DNA of 64,000 bases from positions 186,001-250,000 of the forward strand of contig CDLV01000010.1 of the NCBI GenBank assembly GCA_001244265.2, in the 5' to 3' direction. How positions within the stretch are numbered: the first letter of the stretch is position 1; each line of letters opens with the position of its first letter. Shown one piece after another: positions 39,960 to 52,458 of this stretch. The DNA comes from Microbotryum violaceum. Taxonomy: Eukaryota. A model generated the notes under the pieces. The model worked only from the letters and a program-made list of their open reading frames with translations, did no database searches and was not told the DNA's origin. The position numbers and the translations under genes are program-made.

Positions 39960-41514
39960 ATGGTCGGCAATCTCCGCTTCAAGAGCCCGATCCGCTTTCC
40001 CGTCGGGTCCTTCATCGGCATGGACCTCAAGCTCGGTCAGTCGTCCCCCCCACAGTCTAGGATCTTCCTCCTCTTCCTCACCGACTAAACACCCCAATTG
40101 GTCCCTCCAGGTGTCAGCATCATCTCCCTCTTCGCCGTTTTGAACAAAGTCGCCGGAGCTTACGGAATGATGGCCGTTTTAACGGGGGGCACGTTGGCCC
40201 AACCTCTGAGTCAATTAACCATGTACCTCTATTCAATCGCAACGCTCGTTGGCGTATTGTGGGGGTTGAAAAAAATCGCAGAGGTATGTTACTGAAATCG
40301 GGGAATGAGGGTGAGGATTCAACTTTATTTCTTCTTCCTCGTCTCTGACGCGTTTTCCCGTTCTCTCTCTGTCTCGTCTCCATCGCACCTTTCCTGCACT
40401 ACAGGAGAACGGCCCCAAAGTTCTCTTTTACGCTCACCTCTTCGCCCTCGACCATTGCGTCGGTACCATTTTCACTTCCCTATTCGCCGTCGTGTGGTAC
40501 ATCTACGTACCTCATGACGGTCGAAGGGTCGCGAATTCGGATGCGCAAAAGGAGATGATGTCCGAGGGGTCGGCTTCGAGTGGCACGTTTTTGGATGATG
40601 CGGCGAGGAAGGCGGCTGCTCAGGCCGTTTGGAGAGGTGAAAGGGGGTTCAGTGCAGCGGTTTTAATGGTTGGGTGGTTACTCAAGGTTGGTTTCGGAAG
40701 GGAAGAGAAGACGCGGGAGATGGGGAACCCGACTAGGCAAACTGACTTGATGTCATTCTCGTCCTCCGTTATCTCCCCAAAATCCCGCGCGCGTTGTTTT
40801 GGCCTTTTTCTTTTCATTTTCAAAACACAGATTTACTTCATCCTCTGCCTCTACTCGTACGCGCTCCACCTACGTCGCAATACTTACGCGACCTTACCCA
40901 AAACCCGTCCCCGAGGAATTTCACTCACCTTTGGCCGAAACCCCGTTCACGGGAATCGAGCCTCTCGAGCGCCTCTAGGTGCTCGACCTCAACTTGCTAC
41001 TCGACGTTCTTTATCAGGATCTTCGGAACATCGTTATACGCACGTTAGGGGTAACTCTTTGGCGACGGATAGTGGGACCGAAACTTCGATGGCCGAAACG
41101 TTATGGGAGGAAGAAGGTTCGGAAAGAGCTTCGACGCCGGTTTTGGGAACGGGCGGGGTGACGACGACGACGATGACGATGACGAGGCCTAGACGAACGA
41201 GTTTGATTGGGATGCAGAATTCGGTTTTGGTGAATTCGACGATGACGACGACGACGACGGAGGGGTTGAGTGGTACGAATAGTGGGGTTGGGGAGGAAAA
41301 GGGTGGAGCGGGCGTAGGCGTGGCCAAGACGACGACGACGAGGATGAATCGGTCGTTGAGTGGGGGAATGTTGCAACGGACTGAAAGTTATGGTTCGGGA
41401 GCCACTCAGGCGAGTGGGAATGGGGTGGCGGGAAATGCTTTGGAAGGGAAAGCGGATGAGGATTTGACGACGTTGAAGACGGGGGGTAACGGTCCGGTCG
41501 CGGCATTTAGATGA
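39960..41514 (+). CDS. KEI1: Inositol phosphorylceramide synthase regulatory subunit Kei1 (DUF1753)
   Basis: SFIGMDLKLG|VSIISLFAVLNKVAGAYGM, YAHLFALDHCVGT, WYIYVPHDGRRVANSDAQ, WLLK|IYFILCLYSYALHLR. Confidence 0.85.
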
Positions 41515-41642
41515 TCGATCAGGAAGGAGCAAAGGGCCCCGGGGAAAGATGTCCCCGTCCCAAGTGGTATTCGCCTTTTCTCTCTCGCTTATTTTAACGA
41601 CATCTTGTAATGAAACAATATTGTTCTCTACCCACACAATGA

Positions 41643-43102
41643 TCAATCCCTCATCCTCCCAGGAGAGAACCTCTTGACGACCACTTCCCTCATCTGCAAC
41701 ATACTCAAAGCCCTCGCAGGATCTTCCCCCACCCATCCATCTTCCATACCTTCCATAGAAGGGATCAATACCTGTAAGAGGACCAGGGTCTTTTTGACGC
41801 CTGAACAGACTCGATTGGCTGTATGTAACCAGCGCCAGGACGAACGGTGTTCGCCTTCTGCGATTTGGGAGTGGGAGAGGGTCGATCGGAAAGGATTGGC
41901 GAGGGCGTCTTGGGGGTTCACGTAGTTGGGATAGACGAGGACGGCGAATCTGGGGAAGGGAGAACGAGAGGATCGGTTAGGTGTCAAGATGCTAGTATAA
42001 TGAGGTAGTCGTCTCTCGTTACGTTCAAGAACGTACTCTGCATGCCCACCAACAGGTCCCTGCGGACCGTACAAAACCCAATCGGTACAAAACTTGGCTC
42101 CGGATCTGACGACCCATCCCATCGACCGATAATGGTGATAGGTCGCATACGCCAACAAGAACGGTGAATCCAGACGCGTAAGCCTCGGGTCCACGACTGG
42201 TGTGGGTGTACTTGGGATGAGGGTGCTGTAATCGAGGAGGAACGTTCGCCAAGCTTGGAGGATCGAGAGAGGACGATGGAGGTAGGTGGAGGAAGAGGAG
42301 GGATGGGTTGAGGTTACTGTTTGCAGCGGGTCTAGGGTACGTAAGGATAGTGTTCCTAGGGAGAATAGGAGGAAAAAGGCTTCTTCGGGTTGGAGTTGGG
42401 TATGTTCGGCGTCGAGGTGCCAAAGGGGGGGCGCTTCGATGACGGTGGTTTGGACGGGCTCTGCGTCGGGTTCGGGTTCAACTTGGACTTGGAGTTCGAC
42501 TTTGGCTGTACTTGTCGATGTCGATGGGGAGGACGGTGTTTCCTCTGTCACGGAGGGGACTTCGGATCTTCCGAGTGCGGCGTTGGCCTGTTGTAATTTC
42601 TCGGCCTCGCGTTCGAGTTTCTTTAGTTGCTTGTGACCTTTGCGTTCGATCCTCCTCAATGCGGTCAATTCCTCCGAGGTGAGGTCTGGATGAGGGGGTG
42701 CAGATGCTCAGCTATGGAGTTGAAATAAAGTGTTCCTTATTTGAGAAACTGACTCTTCTGGGTGCCTTCGGCTTCTGCGATCCTATTCTGAACCCTCCTC
42801 CTCCAACTCGGATCACTCCTTGACAACGAACCCTTGCCAAAAAAACCGTGTCTCCAGAGGTTGTTCATTTCCTCCGGATCTTGGACCCAGACCGTTTTGG
42901 TCAAGGTGTCATAGCTGGCTTGGATCAAAGGAGGGGTCAAGGAGAGGGAGGGGAGCAGGGAGAGCAGGGAGGAGATGAAGGAGGGTGAGGCGGGCAGGAG
43001 GGGTAAGGGGTATTGGTACAGGTTGGGACCTCGCGTTCGTTTGTGCGAGGATTCGAGCGATTCGGGGCGGGTTCCGCCTTGAGGGGTGGCACCTGGGGGC
43101 AT
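41643..43102 (-). CDS. SEN2: tRNA-splicing endonuclease catalytic subunit Sen2
   Basis: LWRHGFFGKGSLSRSDPSW, EHTQLQPEEAFFL, YATYHHYRSMGWVVRSGAKFCTDWVLY...GPVGGHAE, NRVCSGVKKTL, KRFSPGRMRD*. Confidence 0.92.
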
Positions 43103-43584
43103 CGTTCTAGACGGTGGGGCGGTTGAGTGGTGGAGCTTGAGGGAGCAGTGGCCAGGGGTCAACCCCGAGTGGAGCGGCGCGTTTGGCTCGGTCAGGGCTC
43201 GGTGCGAAGTTAGCCTGGCACGCGGGCGACATGCACGTGACACTCTCTGATCAGCCGCCGGCACGAGTACTTGAATCGGACTCGCCTCTTGCATCCAACT
43301 TGAGGCAAAGCGCTTTCGCACCACTTGAAAATTGACTTTATCTTTCCCAGGTTCATCTGAGCTCCTGCAACGCGTCCCAGTAGACCATTAACGTAGCACG
43401 TTCAGCGCGGTCGCCCGCCGAATCCCTGCAGACTCGGAGTATTATTCCGAGGAGCCTAATTGGGGGCGATCGAGACGCGAGACACGCGCGCCAATTGTGG
43501 TGTGCTTTCTCTCAACCTTCGTGGCCGGCCAGTCCGCTTTCGACGTGGACCAACCTACCCTGTTCACCCCTTCACCCAATCACC

Positions 43585-46148
43585 AGTACGTTCATCTTGA
43601 GCACGTGGCACAGGTCGAACGCACCCTACCCTCGCGCGTTGACTGTCATGAAGCTCGCAACTCGACGCGCTTGCCGGCCGCCATGCTCACTCATCCCGCT
43701 CGACCCACACTGATAATTCGTCGCCCACTCTCATCCCAGTGGCCGAACGAAGAAAACAAGAGATTCTCGACAAAAAGGCCAAGCTAGCCGAACTGAAACG
43801 AGCGCGCGAAGAACGCATCCAGCAGTCCTCCACCTCCTCATCGCGTGCGTCCGCGTCCGCTTCCCCCGCCTCGACTCGTCCTTCGTCCGTCGCTTTGCAT
43901 GAGAGGGTGCATCGGAGTGAGGAGATTGATGCGATTCTCAAGAGTGCTGGAGTGGTCGGACCGTCGCTTTCGAGTGGGTTCGGGACGAAGAGCGCGGATG
44001 CGAGTCCCAAAAGGGGGACAGGGGGTTCGAGCGTAGGTGCCGGCGAGGACTCGAGTTCTACACCCGCTCCGAGTAGTCCTGGAGGGCCATCGATAGCGAG
44101 TGCACTTTCAGAGTCAGTCCGCAAAACCCTACGAGCTGAACGATGCATCGTCTGGATCTGACCCGAATTTTCATCCCCCTCCCAGTCCGACACCGACGAT
44201 GGAAGCAAGCGAGGCAGCAGCGCCCGTTGCAGCACCACAACCGGTCGCAGCTCCGACAACATCAACACCCCCAGTCGTTGTCGTCCCACCCAAGGTACTC
44301 TACGACAAGTCCATCCAGACCTCCCAATCGACACCGCTCACCCGTGCAGCCTGGACCACCACCTCCACCTCCACCGAACCTACTCTTACCCCCGATCCTT
44401 CCTCTTCCCACGACCACGTCGACACCTCCGCCGCAGGACGTGAGAACGCCGACGAACTACGCGCGCGCATCCTCCGTGAACTTGAAGAAGAACGTCTCTC
44501 CCTCGAAGTCCAGATCGCGCAGGAGAAACGACTCGCCGAACAAGAACTTCGAGCTTTGAGAAGCAAAGGACTTGCACCACCTGAATTGGCGAACGTCTTG
44601 GGTTCCGGTGGATTCCTCGAATTTTTGGAAGAAAGTACCAAGATTGTTCAGAGGGCTTTGTCGGATTCGTATGACTATTTAAAGGACTATTCGGTCAATG
44701 CCAGTCAGGAAGGGGAGGAAGGTGATGGCGCGAAGGTGAGGTTGTTGGGTGGATGGACGGATGATAAAGTCGTAAGAGGGAGGAGCATCACTGCGGTCGA
44801 TTGGAGTCCCAAGGTCAGTTAGGGCATGTAGTGGCGACTCAAAAGCGCACGGCGCTCACCTCTCTATTTCACTGCCTCTAGTTTCCTGAATTATTCGTTG
44901 CGAGCTATAACAAGACCTCCTTGACCGTTAACGAACCCGATGGCATCGTCTGCGTTTGGAACCTACACCTTCGCGAACGACCCGAATACGTCTTCCACGC
45001 GCAGTCCGACGTGCTCTCCGTCTGCTTCTCCCCCTTCCAACCGAACCTCATCATCGGTGGCACGTACTCGGGTCAGATCCTCCTCTGGGATACGCGGTCC
45101 AAACACCCCTACGCGGTCTTCAAAACCCCCCTCTCGGCGGCAGGTCACACCCACCCCGTTTACTCGCTCTCGATCGTCGGGACGCAACATGCGCATAACC
45201 TGATTTCCGCCTCCACGGATGGCACGGTCTGCGCATGGACACTGGACCTCCTCGCTCGTCCTCACGAGACTCTGACCTTGACCCATCCGAGTCATACCAA
45301 AACGGAAGAAGTTTCCATCACCGCTCTCGCCTTTCCCTCCGCCGACGCCGCCTCCTTCTGCGTCGGAACGGAAGAAGGTAACATTTACACTGCGCAACGT
45401 TACGATCGAGCAGGTTCCAAAGCCGGTTTGGTCATGACGGAGGTGTATAAAGGTCATTCGGGACCGGTGACGAGTTTAGAATTTCATCCACCTACGGGTT
45501 CGGTCGATTTGAGTGATTTGTTCCTTTCGAGTGGGGTCGATTGGACGGTCAAATTATGGCGATTAACGAACCCTAACGCAACAGCGAGTTCGACTTCGAC
45601 CTCGCACAAAACGAACCCTTCTTCCACTTCCACTACCTCCTCCAATACCAATTCGAACCTTGTCCCCAAACAACCTACAGGAAGTACCTTAATCAGACCG
45701 CTCTTCTCCTTTGAGGACTCAACGGATTACCTCTTTGACGTCAAATGGCATCCCCACCATCCTTCTATATTCGCAATCGTAGACGGATCAGGTAAATTCG
45801 ATTTATGGAACTTGAATATCGACGCCGAGGTACCGTTGGTTTCAACTGTGGTGGGGGATAAAGGCTTGAATCGACTTTGTTGGGATAAGGAAGGGAAGAA
45901 AGTCGCTTTGGGTGGGGCGGAAGGGAAAGTCTGGGTTTATGAGGTTCATCAAGGTAAGTCGGGTCGTCAAGGGGAAACCTTTTTTTTTTTTTTTTTTTTT
46001 GGGGGGGGGGGGGGGGGAACCAGGGAAGAAGCTGAAGCGTTGATGCGCTTTTTTTTAAACGACAGACCTCGTCACCCCCCGAGAGAACGAATGGGAATTG
46101 ATGCGCAAAACGTGCAATACCGCCTTGTCGCTAGGATTAGGGATGTAA
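43585..46148 (+). CDS. PAC11: Cytoplasmic dynein intermediate chain (WD40), start codon split A|TG
   Basis: MAERRKQEILDKKAKLAELKRARE, YDKSIQT, FLEFLEESTKIVQRAL, RSITAVDWSPK|FPELFVASY, GGTYSGQILLWD, GHTHPVY, VGTEEGNIY, SSGVDWTVKLW. Last exon DLVTPRENEW...*. Confidence 0.93.
45980..46017. repeat. Adjacent T21 and G17 homopolymers inside the last dynein intermediate chain intron
   Basis: Counted directly; inside the intron starting gtaagt at 45954 and ending ...gacag. Confidence 0.9.
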
Positions 46149-46338
46149 AGTTGTGACTTGGTGTTTTGTGCAAGTCGTTGGTGTTAATCGGTCACATCTT
46201 CCCGCTCTCTTTGGTTCATTTGTACTTACACACACCCTCAGCAATCGCAAACTCTTTTTTTTTCCTCCTTGTTTCCGTTCGTCGTTGGGTCAGATTGGAT
46301 GTTTCTGAGGTTGCAAAAGAAAACATACAAAGAGATGC

Positions 46339-46372
46339 TGTAAACGAACGAGAGCTGTAAACGAACGAGAGC
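46339..46372. repeat. 17-bp tandem duplication (TGTAAACGAACGAGAGC x2) in a convergent 3' region
   Basis: Two exact adjacent copies. Confidence 0.85.
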
Positions 46373-46680
46373 CTAAGGGAGGGAGAAAAAAGACACAGAA
46401 AAGTAAACAGAAAGGGAGGACATCTGTCGACAAACTATGCAAAGGATGAGAAAAGAGAAGGGGTCAGGACAAAAAAGAAACCGCACAGAGGGAGAAGAGA
46501 CAGAGCAACGAGACGAGCGAAACGAGCGAAACGGGACGAGGAAAGGTTACGAAAAGGGTGGCGGGCAAATAGGAAGGAGTTGAATGGAAAGCAATTCCCG
46601 ACGCAGAAAAGTGAGGTTTGATAGACGGCGTGCAAAAGTATGCTGGGAACAAAATGATGACGACGACGAAGAGAACGAGG

Positions 46681-49569
46681 CTATTGACCATGGTTCATCG
46701 GAGGCGGGGACATGAATTGACGCATGCTATGTTGCTGCTGCTGCTGTTGTTGGGGTTGTCCCTGCGGCATTGGAGGAGCACGAGGGGGTAAAGGAGTCGA
46801 CGCGGCGCCGATCCTTGGACCCCCGCCAGAGTTGAGCAAAGCCATAAGATCGGGTACGCCGGCTCCACTGAACGGTCCGGGAGGGGGTGGAAGACGGAAA
46901 TGGGCTGGGAAAGGGGGCATGTTGGGCGCCATCGAGCCCATCGGAGGTGGAGGGCCGCCGTACATGAAGGGAGGTGGGGGCATGTTGAAGGGTGGAGGTT
47001 GCGAGCGCGACGGGTTCGACATGGCACGCATGTGAGCCGCGGCGATCTCGGGTGACATGGGCGAGTTGCCGAAACCCATATGCGGCGGCGGTGGCGGCGG
47101 TGACTGGAAGTGCGGCATCTGATGGGGCCCTCCAGGAATCGGGTGCTGTTGCTGTTGGTGCTGCTGAGCAGGAACCTGTTGCGGCAACAACCTATTGCTG
47201 ATCGGGGGTAACGGTCGCGAAGCCACACCGCCATTCATGTGTTGCTGTTGCGGAGGCGGCGACTGCATTCCGCTCAGCATCTGAAAGAATTGAGGAGGTG
47301 GTGGTGGCATTCCGCCAGGCGACTGGGGCCCACTCGGAGGCAGCTCAAAGTTGGCCGACACGGGCGGGGAGACAGGTTGCGCCGAGCCGGCTCGAGAGTG
47401 TGCCGACTGATGATGGTGGTGTTGCTGCGACGGATGTTGGGGTTGCGAAGGTCTTCCTTCGGTTGAGGGCGAGCCGAGAGGGGTCAGAGCGAATGCATGC
47501 GTAGCTTGGTGATTGCTTTGTCGCGGCGGAGAGCGGGGTGGTTGCTCAGCCGGTCCCGATAGAGATGCCGAAACCGAGCGAGACGAAAGTTGGGCCCGGT
47601 GTTGGTGCTCGTGGGGTTGAGAGGAGGCCAACGCTGACTGCGCGGCGTTCGAAGGTGGCTGGGAAAAGGCGAAACGACTGCCCGAACCCGAGGTCTGCCG
47701 TGATCGATCGCCGTTCAATTGCGGGTGGGGTGGCATAGGAGCATTTGCTGGGCTCGGTAGTGCTGGTGGAGAAGCGATAGGGGCAGCCGACTTGGAGTTG
47801 ACGGGAGAAGTCGCGCGAGCGCTCGAGACTTGCAGCATCCCCATCAGTCGGGCCATGCTCTCAGCATCCTTTGATGATGACTCGGCCGTGTTGCCGCCCT
47901 TCGAAGCTCCACCAACACCACCTCCTAGTAGTGCCTCGAACACTGAGGGTGCCTGTTGTGGCTGCGTATTCGGCGACGTGGCGGGAGCGGGAGGTTTGCC
48001 GTCAAAGTACTTGGCGAACCGACTCGACCTATCTCCCTCGCGTAGAGCACTCGCCTCATCTGCACCCATCGATACATCACCTCCTGAACGCAGAGAGCCG
48101 AGCACGCTCGACTGTGACTCGGACTGTTGTTGAGCCGGGCCCTTGACGAGGCTCGCAAACACCGATTCGGACGGCTGCTTCGATTCCTCGACATCTCCAC
48201 CCCCCGACCTGGTCCTTTCCAACTCCTTCATCTGCTTCTTGAACGCCGCGATAGAATCGACCCCACGTTCGGGAGCACCCGCAACTGCTGACGAAGAAGG
48301 AGCGCCTCGCTCCCGATCATGAGGCGGTAGTGCACGACCACCGAGTTCAAAGTTCTCGCTCGAGATAGGGGCGTCCATCCAAGAGGGTGCCGAGCCGGAC
48401 GACGTCTGAGGTCCATCGCTGTCCATCCACGCCGGTTGACGTTGCCCCCTCGCCGAGGAGCTGAGACCGTCGTTGCGATCGCGCTTGTCGTTGCGAAGAT
48501 CGCGAAGATCACGAGGTTGTTCATTACCACGTCCTGTTTTTCGGTCTCGATCTGCCAAGAACCGCGCGTGGTGATCAGGTCAGCCCGAAGTTCTAGGCAC
48601 CGGGGACTTTTGAGGGGGCCAGTTCAGCTCGACTCTTACCGGTCAATCCACCGACGCTCCTCCACCCTCCCTCATTCGGTGCTCTCCGATCCTTCTTCTG
48701 ATCCTCTCTCCTCCCTGATGTACTCGACCCTAGAGCCCCATTGCGCTCGTCGGCACCGCCCGCCCTCGTCGAAGTTCTGAGCCGATCGTTACCAAATGCC
48801 GAGGATTTGGTCGGACTGGTCCCCTCGATCGAGGCGTCAGATCTCCTTGCACCTGTTCTGCCTCCGATGGGCATTCCTTCCCTCTGCAGATGCGGTACGC
48901 CATCCCTGCTACGCTTGTCGTTGGTACTCGAAGCGGACTTGGTCGCAGTGAAGCCGGCGACGTCTCCCGCGTCCAAGCCTCCATCAACGCCGAATCTCCC
49001 AAAGTTGGCAAAGGGGTTAGGACGACCACCCGAGAGATTGGAACCCGAGTTGGAGGTGTGGTTCGATGAGGACGAGCTGTTGTTATGTGCACGGGACGCT
49101 GCTCCGTTGGTTGGCGCTTCGCGTGTTCTTGTCGGGGGTGACGAAGGCGGGTCTTGATATTCCCTGGCAGACGGTGGAAAGGAGGCTATTCAATGGGCTG
49201 GTCGAATGGTCTACAATGCGTGATAGCGTCGAGGTCAAAGCGGTCATCTGAGAGATGTCACGCAGAGACAAGTGGGGCAAGACGCCTCGCCCTTCCTTCC
49301 CGCGTGATGCCCCTCTCTTTTCTAGAACATCGCTCCGCGTGGTGTTGACAAACGAGTTGACTGACCCATACCATTCCGACAAAGGTTTCATCCCGTGCAG
49401 AGTGTCGGGCACGAGTGGGGAAGCGTACAGCGCGAGCAAAGTCGAGCGCGGGTACTGCACCACCGGTGAGCCAGACTCGACCAGGGTCGCTGATGGAGAA
49501 AGAGTTGCGCAAGGTCAGTAGCTGTGCCAATGACTGAAGTGGTGCTTGGGACTGACGTGAGGCGTCCAT
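46681..49569 (-). CDS. Putative eIF4E-binding protein (4E-T/EIF4ENIF1-like), multi-exon, Pro/Gln-rich
   Basis: N-terminal YPRSTLL (YxxxxL-phi) followed by MKPLSEWYG. Later PAWMD/PSWMD, DSIAAFKKQMKE and SRFAKYF motifs, then a disordered P/Q-rich tail. The gene itself is clear; the family call is inferred. Confidence 0.65.
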
Positions 49570-50266
49570 GGCTGGTCGAGGCGGGAGAGAGTCGACTCGT
49601 GGGGAGTGGGCGACAGGGACCAGTGGGAGCGGGGAGCGGGCTGGTGTGACTGGTGTGAGTGGTGCTCGCTGAGGCGTTTGACGTCCTGCGTCGGTCGAAG
49701 CGAGGTATAGACACGAGGGATACACAGAGACTTGGTCAATGACCTAAACTGGGCAGCGACGGGCGTGATAATCTGTGTCGAGGTCGAACGAACGAAGCGG
49801 CGCGAGGTCGACGGCCACCAAAAGTCGTGTACGCTTTGCCCAATCTCGCCGTTTTGGAACTGACAACGCGCGCGCTCGGATAATTTGACTCGACACGATT
49901 TATTATGGAAGAAATAAGATCGTCATATCTCATCCTTAATCACCCCTTTCCGCCTTTGCGCAGAATCGATGACCCTTCCATGCGGTAGTAGACAGGGGCT
50001 TCGTTTGGTGAGGCTAGGCGACTTTGGACTCGGCAAGGCGTCGCTTTCGGTGTTATGCAGCACGTATTACTTGCATGCCAGGCGAGTCCCAAAGACCGCG
50101 CTGTAACCAGGACCCGTCAAGCATGTTCGCGCTTCGCATTCTCAAAGTCGCTCAAAGTCGGACAGAATAGCTTGCAATGTCGTAAAGCGCGATTGCAAAC
50201 AACTAGTTGCAAATAATAACTACCCAGACTCATACACCAAGAACACATACCAGTTCAAGGTCAAGC

Positions 50267-51945
50267 TCAAAGCAGCGCCCATTCACCATCCTTGTGCACC
50301 ACTTCAATCGATCGCTTCTCATCCAACGACCTTCGGCCCGCCTCGAGAATGGCACCGGTCAAGACGGTCGCTTTGATGGTCGGCAACGTCCTGTCGAGGT
50401 GCTCGAGGTCGACCGTACCGGCGTTGACGCGTTGGCACTATAGGATCAAATCGGCGCACGAGGTTCAGTGTCGTGGACCAGAAATGTGAGGCAAAGCAAA
50501 GTGTACTCACAGCAGTGACGAATTTCTCGATCGAGATGTAGCCGTAGCCGTGTTGGCCCTGGAAGAGGCCCTCACCATCCGGGGCGTAGTTCATGTACCT
50601 GGAAGAAAGCCCGAAAAAGTCAGTAAAAGCACCAACATCCCAATCCCCAAGCCTGGCAGCCAACTCACCAGGGGTTGTAGTCCTTTGTGCCCTCGGCGTC
50701 GGTCACGACGTTGTAACCTCGACGAGCCTGGTTGACTCGAATCTCTCCCTTCGCGGCCATGTAGTGGAAGTACTGCTCGCTATGCACACCCGCGCCGATC
50801 GGGGCCGTCCAACTCGACGTGTACACTCCCGTGCATCGTTGTGTCTTGTCCTTTTGCGAGACCCATTCGACCAAGAGCGTGATCGTGTCCTCGGTCCCTG
50901 CGACGCAGTTGAAAGGTGCTGAAGTCGCAACACCACCCGATCCACTGGCGGTGACCTTGACAGGTGCCCAATCTCCTTCAACACCTTCCATGTACCAGCA
51001 GTGCACATCGATGTGGTGCGAATTGAGGTAGTAGGAAATGTCGGAATCGCGACCGGCCCAAGCCTTGAACGTCTCGAGCTGAGTTTTAGGTTGCGACATG
51101 TACGAGCTGAAATAGTTGGGTGCACCGATCAGGGTCGCCTTGAATTTGCCATCGGCGTAAGAAGGGTCGAAACGCTTGTGGTGCTCGACCATGACGAAAA
51201 CACCGGCTTTCTTGGCCGCGTTGATGAGGTCGATGTGGTCCGCGAGTTTTTGGCACGCTGGCTTGGTGACGAGCACGTGAATGCCCCTTTGGATCGCGTA
51301 CAGCGCGATGTCGTGGTGGGTCGAGTCGGGAGTGAAGATGGTGATAGCGGCACCTTTGGGCAAAGCATCGATGGCAGTTTTGTATGCATCGGGGTCTCGC
51401 GACGCTCCGCGGGCAGGGAAAGGTTCGTAAGAGCAGTCCATGTCCTATCGAGCGAACAGCACGGAATCAGCACGGAAGGAACTAGCTCTTCGACAAGAAA
51501 CGCTCTGCTCACCTTGTAGGCCCCGGTGATGTTTTTGGCAAAGTGCTCATCAACTTGAGCCCACTTGTCGGAAGTACCGACGATGGAAAGTTTGTCGACG
51601 ATACCTCGGCGCCTAGTAATTTTCAAACAATGCGGTAAAGCAAATGGTGTGTAGCCGCGCTATGGGTTTCAAATAGCTTTTTCGGCTCACCTGAGATCGA
51701 ACAAGGTCAATCCGACGACTACAGGACGAGAATGGGGAGGAGAGCGTTCCACGCGGTCAGGTCAAGAGAGCCGAGCGCCTCGAAAAGGAGCGAAGGGAGA
51801 ACGTCTTCATGTCTGAATTTCAAGATATTGAATACCTACCTCCAATCTTCTTGTCCGACTTGGCATTGTTCGCGGTCAAACCGGTGGTGTATTCACCACT
51901 GCCAATCATGGCCACCTGCAGAGGAGCGACGGGAGAAGCGACCAT
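50267..51945 (-). CDS. Gfo/Idh/MocA-family oxidoreductase, D-galacturonate reductase (GaaA)-like
   Basis: VAMIGSGEYTTG, KSDKKIG|VVGLTLFDL, DPDAYKTAIDAL, IFTPDSTHHDIA...HVLVTKP, VEHHKRFDPSY, SDISYYLNSHHID, GQHGYGYISIEKFV. Confidence 0.82.
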
Positions 51946-52448
51946 CGTGGACGTGGGCTTTTGGGAGCCTTGAGAAAGGTGGGGTTGGAGCTGTTGAGCT
52001 TGCGCGGAGAATTCCTCCCAAAGATGAATGCTGGTATGGACCAAAGACGTGGAGACTGTTTCGAGAGCTGGTGAATGGGTGCAGCGAGTTGACGGGTGAA
52101 GGAGAGGAGCGTTGAATGGAGCCGAACTCGTTACTGCTCGGCGTGGCGCCGCCGTTGCCGCCACGGCACGGCCGGACCGGACCGACCGGTCGCCCGCCAC
52201 GACCGGCACCTCCTGCCGACGGGCGTCCATGGTGATGATGCTGAGGGCTCCCTCCGAGAAACTGGACGTTCTCAATTCGATGGGCTGAACTTCGACTCTT
52301 CCGGCAAGCGATATATCATTTAGGGGTTGATCGCGCGCCTAGAAAATTAATAAGATCGAGGATCTATGGGACAGCATGGAGTTAATTCCAAGCTCAATCT
52401 CCCAAGAAAGTGCCTTCGGTGACCGTTTCCCGCCAGCCGAAGCGCGGG

Positions 52449-52458
52449 CCCCGCGGGG
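52449..52458. promoter_or_regulatory. Palindromic double CreA/Mig1-type site CCCCGCGGGG
   Basis: Contains SYGGRG (GCGGGG) on both strands, about 500 bp upstream of the sugar-acid reductase gene. Confidence 0.4.

Noticed and set aside
46137..46142. TTAGGG as a telomeric repeat
   Set aside because: Single copy, inside the last dynein intermediate chain exon.
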